Below are positions 7,777-15,464 of a DNA stretch of 64,000 nucleotides, in pieces. A program made the translations under genes and the position numbers. Each line of letters begins with the position of its first letter. Position 1 is the stretch's first letter. The notes beneath the pieces were generated by a model. The model worked only from the letters and a program-made list of their open reading frames with translations, searched no databases and was not told the origin of the DNA. Source of the stretch: Phycisphaerales bacterium (GTDB lineage Bacteria; Planctomycetota; Phycisphaerae; Phycisphaerales; UBA1924); assembly GCA_044369085.1 (NCBI GenBank), contig JBIPMO010000001.1:7889-71888 (forward strand), read 5' to 3'.

Positions 7777-8904
7777 TCACATGTCAGCATCCGTTTCGAG
7801 CGTGTTCTTCCAGGTATCAAAGTTCTCCAGGAACTGCGCCGTGCCCCGGGCCACGCACGTCAGCGGGTCATCGGCGATCTTGACCTCAAGCCCGGTGGCG
7901 TTCTGCAGCACGATGTCGAGGCCCCGGAGCAGCGCCCCACCCCCCGCCAGAGTGATGCCGTTGTTGACCAGGTCCGCCGCGAGCTCGGGCTCGGCCCGTT
8001 CGAGCGTGCGCGTCACCGCTTCGGTGATGGCGTTGATGGGCTCCTGCAGAGCCTCGCGGATCTCTTCGCTGGTGACGATGGTCTTGCGGGGCAGGCCGCT
8101 GAGGGTGTCACGACCGCGGACCTCCATGGTCTTCTCTTCGCCGACGGGCGAGGCCGACCCGACCTCGATCTTGACGCGCTCGGCGGTCTGCTCGCCGATC
8201 ATCAGGTTGTAGGTCTTCTTCATGTGGAGCATGATGGCCTCGTCGAGGTCATCGCCCGCGACGCGGACGCTCTCGCAGGTGGCGATGTCGGCGAGCGACA
8301 TGATCGCGACCTCCGTGGTCCCTCCGCCGATGTCCACGATCATGCTGGCGGTGGCTTCGGAGAATGGCAGCCCCGCTCCGATGGCGGCGGCGATGGGCTC
8401 TTCGACGAGGTAGACCTGCCGGGCCCCGGCGCGTTCGGCGGATTGGCGCACCGCCTGCTTCTCGACCGCCGTGATGCCGCTGGGAACCGCGATGACCACC
8501 CGTGGCCCGACGAAGCGCGAGCGGCCGTTCACCTTGCGGATGAAGTACGACAGCATGGCCTCGGTGATCTCAAAGTCGGAGATCACGCCGTCCTTGAGCG
8601 GGCGGATGGCGGTGATGGATCCCGGGGTCTTGCCCAGCATCTCCTTGGCCATCCAACCGACGGCCATGCCGTTGTTGAGGACCTTGTTGGTCCCCTTGCG
8701 GACGGCCACGACGCTGGGCTCGTTCAGGACGATCCCCTCGCCGCGGACCGCAACAAGAGTGTTGCAGGTCCCCAGGTCGATACCCATATCGACGCTCATG
8801 AACGAGAGGAAACGATCCAGCAGCAACGTCGGCTCCTTCCGAGGGTCTGTCCCGGGCGTGGCGGCGATGCCACCGCCTTGACCAAAGGACGCCCGCTGGG
8901 GCAA
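7777..8904 (-). CDS. mreB: rod shape-determining actin-like protein MreB
   Basis: GIDLGTCNTLV, DIGGGTTEVA and LAGGGALLRGLD motifs. The true start may be downstream of 8904 (N-terminal extension in the ORF). Confidence 0.95.
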   Translation of the reverse strand: MPQRASFGQGGGIAATPGTDPRKEPTLLLDRFLSFMSVDMGIDLGTCNTLVAVRGEGIVLNEPSVVAVRKGTNKVLNNGMAVGWMAKEMLGKTPGSITAIRPLKDGVISDFEITEAMLSYFIRKVNGRSRFVGPRVVIAVPSGITAVEKQAVRQSAERAGARQVYLVEEPIAAAIGAGLPFSEATASMIVDIGGGTTEVAIMSLADIATCESVRVAGDDLDEAIMLHMKKTYNLMIGEQTAERVKIEVGSASPVGEEKTMEVRGRDTLSGLPRKTIVTSEEIREALQEPINAITEAVTRTLERAEPELAADLVNNGITLAGGGALLRGLDIVLQNATGLEVKIADDPLTCVARGTAQFLENFDTWKNTLETDADM

Positions 8905-8975
8905 ATCCCCTGACCTTCACACACATTATCGAGATTCTGGGACGTTTGCCCCCAACGGATACAGAAAGCAGGAAA

Positions 8976-9006
8976 CCGTTCGGGTGGGGTGTGCCCAGCC
9001 GAACGG
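8976..9006 (-). terminator. candidate intrinsic terminator after the PEP-CTERM gene
   Basis: On the minus strand, CCGTTCGG-15 nt-CCGAACGG is followed by TTTCCTGCTTTCTGT. Confidence 0.45.
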
Positions 9007-9046
9007 CTTGTGGCTCGGTTGCAGGAATGGTACGGCGTTTCGCGTT

Positions 9047-9754
9047 TCAGCGGCGTCGACGCAGGAGCGCGAGTCCCCCGAAGCCCGCGAGGGCGACGGC
9101 GCCGGGGGCGGGGATGAAAAGGAGGACCGTGTGGGAGGCGGAGCCGCTGCCCGTGCCGAACCCGCCGTAGCCATCGGTGAAGCTCAGGCGGAGGCGGTAG
9201 TTCCCGGCGCTGAGGTTGCCGATGACGTCGAACGGTCCGGCGGCCTGAGTCGGGTCGCTGAAGGAGCCCGAGAGCGTTCTCTGGAAGAGCACGGCGGGCG
9301 ATGGGGAGGTGCGTTCTAAGATCAGGCTGTAGTCTGAAGCTGAGTTGTAACCGGAGTTGAAGCTACCGCGGAAGCGGTAAGGATTGACGTCGTTCAAAGC
9401 GAAAAAGACGTCGAGGCTGCTGGTCCCTGCGCCGAAGCCGGCCCCGCCGCTGCCGTAGTTGTCGGTGCCGGAGACCTCGCCGGACATGCTGATCTGGTTG
9501 GGGTTGAGGGTGGAGTTCTGGGTCGCGGAGCCACGGCTATTGAACATGGGGGGTTCTCCCGGCTCGTTGACGTAGAAGTCGGTGCGCGAGGCGCTGAAAG
9601 GGCCGAAGTTCGGGGCCGAAGTGGTGTTGGATTGCCCCGCGGTGATCCCGCCCGCGGTGCGGATGAACCGCGACTGCGCGGTGTAGCTGATCTGGGCGGA
9701 CGCGAGCGAGGTGGCGCAGAGGACGGCGACGACGGCGATGCGTGATGAGAACAT
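9047..9754 (-). CDS. secreted PEP-CTERM-type sorting-domain protein
   Basis: Signal peptide (AVVAVLCATSLASAQ). C-terminus is IPAPGAVALAGFGGLALLRRRR. AAGGAGGG lies upstream of the ATG. Confidence 0.7.
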   Translation of the reverse strand: MFSSRIAVVAVLCATSLASAQISYTAQSRFIRTAGGITAGQSNTTSAPNFGPFSASRTDFYVNEPGEPPMFNSRGSATQNSTLNPNQISMSGEVSGTDNYGSGGAGFGAGTSSLDVFFALNDVNPYRFRGSFNSGYNSASDYSLILERTSPSPAVLFQRTLSGSFSDPTQAAGPFDVIGNLSAGNYRLRLSFTDGYGGFGTGSGSASHTVLLFIPAPGAVALAGFGGLALLRRRR

Positions 9755-9909
9755 GTGATTCCCTCCTTATGGTTGTCGGCCTTTCGCCGATAGGGAAAGC
9801 ATGCCTCGACTCGATGCCGGGAGCAACGATTTCGTGGCCGAAAGCCATGTAAAGATTGGTGCTCGAACGCGGGAAAGAGGCGTCGCGGCCGAGCAGGGGC
9901 TGCCCACCT

Positions 9910-10122
9910 TTAGCGAGCGAGCTGGATCTTGCCCTGGGCGGGGTGGAGTTTGAGAGCGGCCATCGGGCCACTGCCGGGCCCAACCTTCATGCCCGCGTAC
10001 ACCGCAAAGCCGATCGCCGCCCCCAAGCACACAACGGCAATGAGCATCATGCCGGTGTAGGAGTTCATGGCGGGGCCACGGGTTCGCTGGGCGCCGGGCA
10101 TCTGCATGCCGAACTGACTCAT
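9910..10122 (-). CDS. small single-pass membrane protein (hypothetical)
   Basis: 70 aa with one TM (MMLIAVVCLGAAIGFAVYAG). GGAG lies 8 nt upstream. Sits 50 nt downstream of the coiled-coil gene. Confidence 0.55.
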   Translation of the reverse strand: MSQFGMQMPGAQRTRGPAMNSYTGMMLIAVVCLGAAIGFAVYAGMKVGPGSGPMAALKLHPAQGKIQLAR

Positions 10123-10172
10123 GGGCGGGGCTCCGTGGAAACGCGGTGGCTGGGAGGTCGAGAGCGGACGAT

Positions 10173-11030
10173 TCAGAGAGCGGACGCCATGACGAGGTCG
10201 CCGGCCCGGACATCAACCTGACCTTGGCGGCCCAGGAAGTCGATGCGGCCCACGGCTTCGTTCTGGTCCACTCGCTCAAGGATCATGATCGCGATGAACG
10301 AGTCGCGGACGATGGAGAGGCGCATCCGCTCGCGGAGCCCCGAAGAGGCCCCGGCGGGGATGCTCGCGAGCAGGTGGCCCGCCGCATCCTCACGGAGGTT
10401 GCTGATCTGGCTGCGGAAACCGACGGGAGCCCGGAGGGAGAGGGCCGTATCGACGCCGCTCGAAGCGGCCGGCAGCGAGGCTCTGTCGGCGGCCTGCCGA
10501 GCATCCACGAGCTGTTCCTGCATCGCGCGGGTCGTCTCGCGGGCCACTTCCAGTTCACCCGAAAGGTCGTTGATCCGGTCGGTCAGCTCGATCTCCTTGC
10601 GGGCGTAGTCGAGCTCCTTATCGCGTAGAGCGGCCAGTTCCTCCGCCTGGGCCTTGTTCAGAGCGGCGTAGGTCTGCACCACGGCCGTGAACTGATCGAT
10701 CTGGGCCGAGTGCGTGGCCGAGGCCTGCTTGAGGGCGTTGACTTCGGCCAGCAGGCGCGAGTTGTCGCCCTGCATCGCCGATGTCGAGCCACTGGACTGC
10801 GAGAGCGCGGCTTCGAGGTCGGAGATCTTCTTCTGCAGGGCCTCGCGCTCACCAGCCATGGCGGCGGTGACGCTGGCGGCCTGGGCATCGGCCTTGACGG
10901 CCCGGTCACGCTCGACGTTCAGCTCGCTGACGATCCGGTCGGCGTTGCTGGTGTACGCGATCGACAGACCCGCCAGCAGGATCGAGAGCACCGCGGCGAA
11001 GATGACCAGAAACTTCGTGACGATGTGCAA
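10173..11030 (-). CDS. membrane-anchored coiled-coil protein (hypothetical)
   Basis: TTG start with AGGAG 9 nt upstream. N-terminal TM (FLVIFAAVLSILLAGLSIAY), about 170 aa of heptad-like A/Q/E/L-rich sequence, then a small C-terminal beta domain. Confidence 0.7.
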   Translation of the reverse strand: MHIVTKFLVIFAAVLSILLAGLSIAYTSNADRIVSELNVERDRAVKADAQAASVTAAMAGEREALQKKISDLEAALSQSSGSTSAMQGDNSRLLAEVNALKQASATHSAQIDQFTAVVQTYAALNKAQAEELAALRDKELDYARKEIELTDRINDLSGELEVARETTRAMQEQLVDARQAADRASLPAASSGVDTALSLRAPVGFRSQISNLREDAAGHLLASIPAGASSGLRERMRLSIVRDSFIAIMILERVDQNEAVGRIDFLGRQGQVDVRAGDLVMASAL

Positions 11031-11304
11031 GGGACGACTCCTGCGACGGGGCGGAAGGACGGTGCGGTCGGGCGGGCCGCGGCGATGGCCCGACCCGAGA
11101 GGCGGCGGTACGCACCGCTCGACGGGAAGGTTTCAACGCTCGCCCACCCCACCTCGAACGATGCGGGACGGGTTTGGTACCCCACCGCCGGATTGGCGTC
11201 AAATCCAGCCCTCCCAAGGACAGCCGGTTGACACCGAATCACAAATGAGTCCTTGGGGTCGCGGAACGGCTCGGGCCTGCGCCTGGAGCGACCGCGGCAG
11301 GTTC

Positions 11305-12450
11305 TCAGCGCTCCAGCCGATCCAGCGCCTTCAACACCGCCGATGCCCCCGCCACAGCCACCACCGGCGACGGGTCGTCCATCATCGACTCCAGGGCGGG
11401 GAGTTCGGGCACCCGAGCCCCGGCGGCGAACAGGAAGGCGGCCTGGGCTCGCACGGCGGGGTCCTCGTCGGCTCGGAACTGCTCGGCGACGTAGAGCCCG
11501 TCCCGGTAGCCCATCTTTGCAAGGGCGGTCGCGGCGGCCAGACGGACCTCCTTCGGCTGCACGAACTGCCGCTGGCGATAGTCCTGGCTCTTGGCAGTTT
11601 CTGGGGTCGCCTGTTCGACCAGGTCGACGAGTTCGGCCACCGCCCTTTCGACCTTGAGGTCGCCCAGAAGCTGGGCGGCGAAGGCGGCGGCCTCCAGACC
11701 CTCACGCCCGGTTGGGTACAGCGATGCCCGGATCGGATCGCTGGCGTTGGGCTCGCCGAGCCGGCTCAGGGCCTCGGCGACCTGCAACTGGAAAATGCGT
11801 TCCAGCTGGAACTGTTGATCGCTCGCTCCCCCCATCATGCGATTGCGGCGGTCCGCTTCGGCGGCCGAGCTCTTGAGCATCGGGATCGCCGAGGCGTTCC
11901 CGAGCAGGCCGATGATCCGAGCGGCCTCGGACCGGATGCGCGGGTCGTTGTCCATGAGCATCGTGCCGAGCGCCGATGGATCGGGATTCCTGCCGCACTG
12001 GGCCAGGGCGTAGATCGCCGCGGCCCGCACGCGCGGCTCGGGATCTTCGAGCAGCGGCTCCACAAACGCCGCGGAGCCGCGGAGCTTGAGCTGCCCGACG
12101 GTCATGGCGGCGACAAACCGTACGCCGGAGTTCTCATCACTGAGCCCGGCCCGCACCGCCGCCTCGGCGCGCTTGGGGGCCGATTGGAGGCCCTCCAGCC
12201 CGTTGGCGCGGATCAACGGGGAGGGGTCGAGCACTGCCTTGGAAAGCAGCTCGATCGCCCGCTCGCGCAACTGGCTGCGGGACACCTGCGACCGGAACCG
12301 ATCGCTCGCGGACTTGTCGGCGGATTCCGATGTTCCCGAAGGGTCGGGAATCTCGGGCGGCTTCGAGCCGGTCGGCCCCTGAGCTCGGACAGAACCCGGC
12401 GCAACCAGGCACGTCACAAGGAAGGCAGCGGTCAGCTTCGTTCGGGTCAT
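11305..12450 (-). CDS. secreted HEAT-repeat protein
   Basis: Signal peptide, then repeated D(P/N)xxxVR...A...LG units (DENSGVRFVAAMTVGQL, DPEPRVRAAAIYALAQCG, DNDPRIRSEAARIIGLLG). Its ATG overlaps the lnt stop (ATGA). Confidence 0.75.
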   Translation of the reverse strand: MTRTKLTAAFLVTCLVAPGSVRAQGPTGSKPPEIPDPSGTSESADKSASDRFRSQVSRSQLRERAIELLSKAVLDPSPLIRANGLEGLQSAPKRAEAAVRAGLSDENSGVRFVAAMTVGQLKLRGSAAFVEPLLEDPEPRVRAAAIYALAQCGRNPDPSALGTMLMDNDPRIRSEAARIIGLLGNASAIPMLKSSAAEADRRNRMMGGASDQQFQLERIFQLQVAEALSRLGEPNASDPIRASLYPTGREGLEAAAFAAQLLGDLKVERAVAELVDLVEQATPETAKSQDYRQRQFVQPKEVRLAAATALAKMGYRDGLYVAEQFRADEDPAVRAQAAFLFAAGARVPELPALESMMDDPSPVVAVAGASAVLKALDRLER

Positions 12451-14333
12451 GCGGACACCTTAGGTGGGCTGTGGGAGGGAACAACACCCGGGGTTCCGGA
12501 AGAATCGCTCGCAGGGGTTGTCGGGTTCGAGGGCTCTTGACCAGCGGCTTGCCCGGCATCATTCATCGACCCGCCGCCTTTGCGTCCCTGAACAAGCGCT
12601 GTCACTGCGAGCCCCAGCATCGCGAGCAGACACGTCCACCCCACCACGTTCCCGGTGGTGCTGAAGACGCACGGTTCGGCTCCGGGCAATGTCAGTGTGG
12701 CAGCCAGGACGCCCTCGCTCCGGGCCGGGGACGACGGAGGCGGGCCCCCCTCGCTTGACATGGTGGGGCCTAAGGCAACCAGACGCCCGTAAACATCGAT
12801 GGCCGCCGACAGCCCGGTGTTGGCACTGCGGATCATCGGGGTGCGGTTCTCGATGCACCGCCATCGAGCCATCAGCAACAGGTGCGTGCGACCCGGATCC
12901 CAGGTGTCGAACCAACCATCATTGGAAGGGCTGACATACAGGTCGGCGCGGCGTTGCCCACCCTCGACCACCAGCGCTCCGCACACATCCTGCACAGCCA
13001 CCTCGTAGCAGATCGGCATCGCCAGGCGGAGCAGGCGGGCCGGACGCTTGCCCCGAGCTTCGAGCGTGATCTCAGGTCGCGTCGGGGTTGTTCCCGCTTC
13101 CAACGAGAACGACATGCCGCGGGCGCCCAACGCGAGCAGCCGCTGCTCGAGCCACTTCCAGCGCGAGATGTAGGGCATCGTTTCGCCGAAGGGGGTGAGC
13201 CGCATCTTGTCGTAGCGCTTGGCCGAGACCTGCCCCTGCTCGACGATGAAGGCGCTGTTGAACTGCTTGTCGGACTCGATCTTGACCCGCTGGTCGGGGT
13301 CGGTCGTGATGCGCAGACCCTCGACGGCCTGTGCCCCGATGACCATCGGGATGCCCAGTTCCTGCTGCAACGCGAGCAGCCCGTCGTAAAAGAGTGTTGT
13401 CGGGCCGTGCTCACGGTAGGAGAGCCCGGCCTCGCGCTCGATTTCGACCGCATCGGGGTTCAGCGCGTTGCCCGGGAACATGGTCTCGGGCCAGACGATC
13501 AAGTCTGGCGGCGGGCTCTGCGCGGCCGCGAGGCGCGATAGCTCCGCGAAGCGCCGAAAGTCAGCGATGCGGCGCTCGATCGTCCAGTTCCCGCGGTTGT
13601 CCTGCGGGATGTTGGGCTGGATCGCGGCGACATAGACCGCTTCGCCCGATGTGACGGGCGGCGGCCCGAGGGATCCTGACCCGAACAAAAGCATCAGGCA
13701 AGCACTGACGCCGCTGAGGCTCAGCAGGCCGCTGCGCGAATCGTGGCCCGGAGCGCTCTTGGTTTCGGATGACCAGCGACGGGCCTCGAAGCCCCAGCCG
13801 ATGATCAGCGCCGTGAACGCGCCGACGCCGTAGACCCCGATGATCGATCCCCAGCCCGCCACCGAGTGCCAAGAGACCAGCGGATGCGCGATGAGAAACC
13901 ACGCGAACCCGTCCCAGAGCACTTCCCCGCGAAGGACTTCAAGGCCCGTCCAGAGGATCGGGAACAGAGCCAGCAGCGGCAACCGGGGGAACGCGCGATG
14001 AACGCGCGCCAGCAGCCACACGAACAGCCCCGGGTAGATCGCCAGGTACAGCACCAGCGGGAAGATCCCCGCGGCGGACATCTGGTAGATGAAGTTCATA
14101 TGGAACGCCCACAGCGGGATCGAAGCGATCCCGGCGGCGACCGCCGACCGCCCGGGGCGGCTCGTCCGCAGCGCGAGCATGCCGAGGGGGATCAGCGACA
14201 GCGGCGCAAAGGCGGGCAGGTCCACGGGGGCAAACGCCACGCCGAAGAGCAGCGCGTGAAGCAGCCCGAAGACGATACCGGCAAGAAATGGCTTCCTGAG
14301 TGCATCAAACACGCGGGGAGTGTAGTGCCCCAT
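12447..14333 (-). CDS. lnt: apolipoprotein N-acyltransferase with extended C-terminal tail
   Basis: Polytopic N-terminal domain plus a CN-hydrolase domain (AAIQPNIPQ, VWPE, PICYE). ATG 14333 has GAAGGA upstream; the ORF opens at 14378. Confidence 0.85.
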   Translation of the reverse strand: MGHYTPRVFDALRKPFLAGIVFGLLHALLFGVAFAPVDLPAFAPLSLIPLGMLALRTSRPGRSAVAAGIASIPLWAFHMNFIYQMSAAGIFPLVLYLAIYPGLFVWLLARVHRAFPRLPLLALFPILWTGLEVLRGEVLWDGFAWFLIAHPLVSWHSVAGWGSIIGVYGVGAFTALIIGWGFEARRWSSETKSAPGHDSRSGLLSLSGVSACLMLLFGSGSLGPPPVTSGEAVYVAAIQPNIPQDNRGNWTIERRIADFRRFAELSRLAAAQSPPPDLIVWPETMFPGNALNPDAVEIEREAGLSYREHGPTTLFYDGLLALQQELGIPMVIGAQAVEGLRITTDPDQRVKIESDKQFNSAFIVEQGQVSAKRYDKMRLTPFGETMPYISRWKWLEQRLLALGARGMSFSLEAGTTPTRPEITLEARGKRPARLLRLAMPICYEVAVQDVCGALVVEGGQRRADLYVSPSNDGWFDTWDPGRTHLLLMARWRCIENRTPMIRSANTGLSAAIDVYGRLVALGPTMSSEGGPPPSSPARSEGVLAATLTLPGAEPCVFSTTGNVVGWTCLLAMLGLAVTALVQGRKGGGSMNDAGQAAGQEPSNPTTPASDSSGTPGVVPSHSPPKVSA

Positions 14334-14405
14334 GCAGGATCCTTCGATCCCTCTGATCGGCGCTGCCGGGCGATGCACCGCCGTGCCGCGTTGCCCGCGC
14401 CCGCA

Positions 14406-15395
14406 TCAGTGGACCCCCTGGGCCCCGAGCCAGCGTTCGGCATCCAGCGCCGCCTGGCAGCCCATGCCCGCCGCGGTCACCGCCTGGCGATACTCGGCAT
14501 CCGCGACGTCGCCCGCGGCGAAAACACCCTCGATGTTCGTCCGGCTGGAGCGCGTCCGCAGGTTGATATAGCCCTTGTCGTTCAGCTCGACGCCCGCGTT
14601 CGCGAGGAACTTCGTCGCCGGTGTATGCCCGATCGCGACGAACAAGCCGCGGATGTCCAATCGGGACCGCTCCTTGGTGACCGTGTCTTCGAGGGTGACA
14701 CCCTCGATGAAATCGTCACCGAGCACATCGACGACGGCCTTGTTCCAGAGCACCTTGGCGTTGGGCTGGCTCATGAATCGCTGCTGCATGATCTTGCTGG
14801 CGCGGAACGAGTCGCGGCGGTGGATGATGTAGACGGTCGAGGCGAACTTGGTCAGGTACGTCGCCTCCTCCATCGCGGTGTCCCCGCCGCCCACCACGGC
14901 GACGGGCTGCTTGCGGAACGCGGGGAGCGCCCCGTCGCAGACCGCGCACGCCGAGACCCCGCCGCCCGCGCGGGCCAGGCGCATCTCGTTGGGAAGACCG
15001 ATCCAGTTGGCGACCGCGCCGGTGGCGATGATCACCGCGTGCGCGTGCACGGCCACCCCGCCGCTTGTCTGAAGAACAAAGGGACGCCCGGAGAAATCAC
15101 AGGACACGATGTCCTCGCTGATGACCTTGGTCCCGAAGCGCTCGGCCTGCTTCTGAAAGTGCTCCATCATCTCCGGGCCCGTCACGCCGTGGGGAAAGCC
15201 GGGGTAGTTCTCGACCTCGGTGGTGAGCATGAGCTGCCCGCCCGGCAGCACCGGGCCGGGATCGTTCTTGGCGACCCCGATATAGACGACCGGTTCGAGA
15301 TTGGCGCGTGCGGCGTAGATCGCCGCCGTCCAGCCCGCGGGGCCGGAGCCGATGACGACGAGCTTGTGTGCGTGGCCAGGGGCGGTTGCGGTCAA
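14406..15395 (-). CDS. trxB: thioredoxin-disulfide reductase
   Basis: [18 protein letters not shown], the redox-active CAVCDG, and [10 protein letters not shown] motifs. Confidence 0.95.
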   Translation of the reverse strand: MTATAPGHAHKLVVIGSGPAGWTAAIYAARANLEPVVYIGVAKNDPGPVLPGGQLMLTTEVENYPGFPHGVTGPEMMEHFQKQAERFGTKVISEDIVSCDFSGRPFVLQTSGGVAVHAHAVIIATGAVANWIGLPNEMRLARAGGGVSACAVCDGALPAFRKQPVAVVGGGDTAMEEATYLTKFASTVYIIHRRDSFRASKIMQQRFMSQPNAKVLWNKAVVDVLGDDFIEGVTLEDTVTKERSRLDIRGLFVAIGHTPATKFLANAGVELNDKGYINLRTRSSRTNIEGVFAAGDVADAEYRQAVTAAGMGCQAALDAERWLGAQGVH

Positions 15396-15464
15396 TGTGG
15401 ATCCTTCGGTTGCGCTGCGTTTCGTTTCAGGATGAACCGTCGAGCGTGATGCTTGCTTCCATGA

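Noticed and set aside
11189-11207. tRNA T-arm-like GGATT-GGCGTCA-AATCC (and GGCTCGAATCC near 1300).
   Set aside because: The loop does not fit the T-loop consensus on either strand. No acceptor, D or anticodon arms can be built around it. The second site lies inside a coding region.
10714-12540. 608-aa plus-strand ORF, one of several very long antisense ORFs (also 13866-15449, 15501-17750, 22773-24185, 38684-40252, 39501-41714, 41821-44130, 51795-53519).
   Set aside because: All lie antisense to genes with clear motifs and are Arg/Gly/Pro/Asp/His-rich with no recognisable domains. They are typical shadow ORFs of GC-rich DNA.
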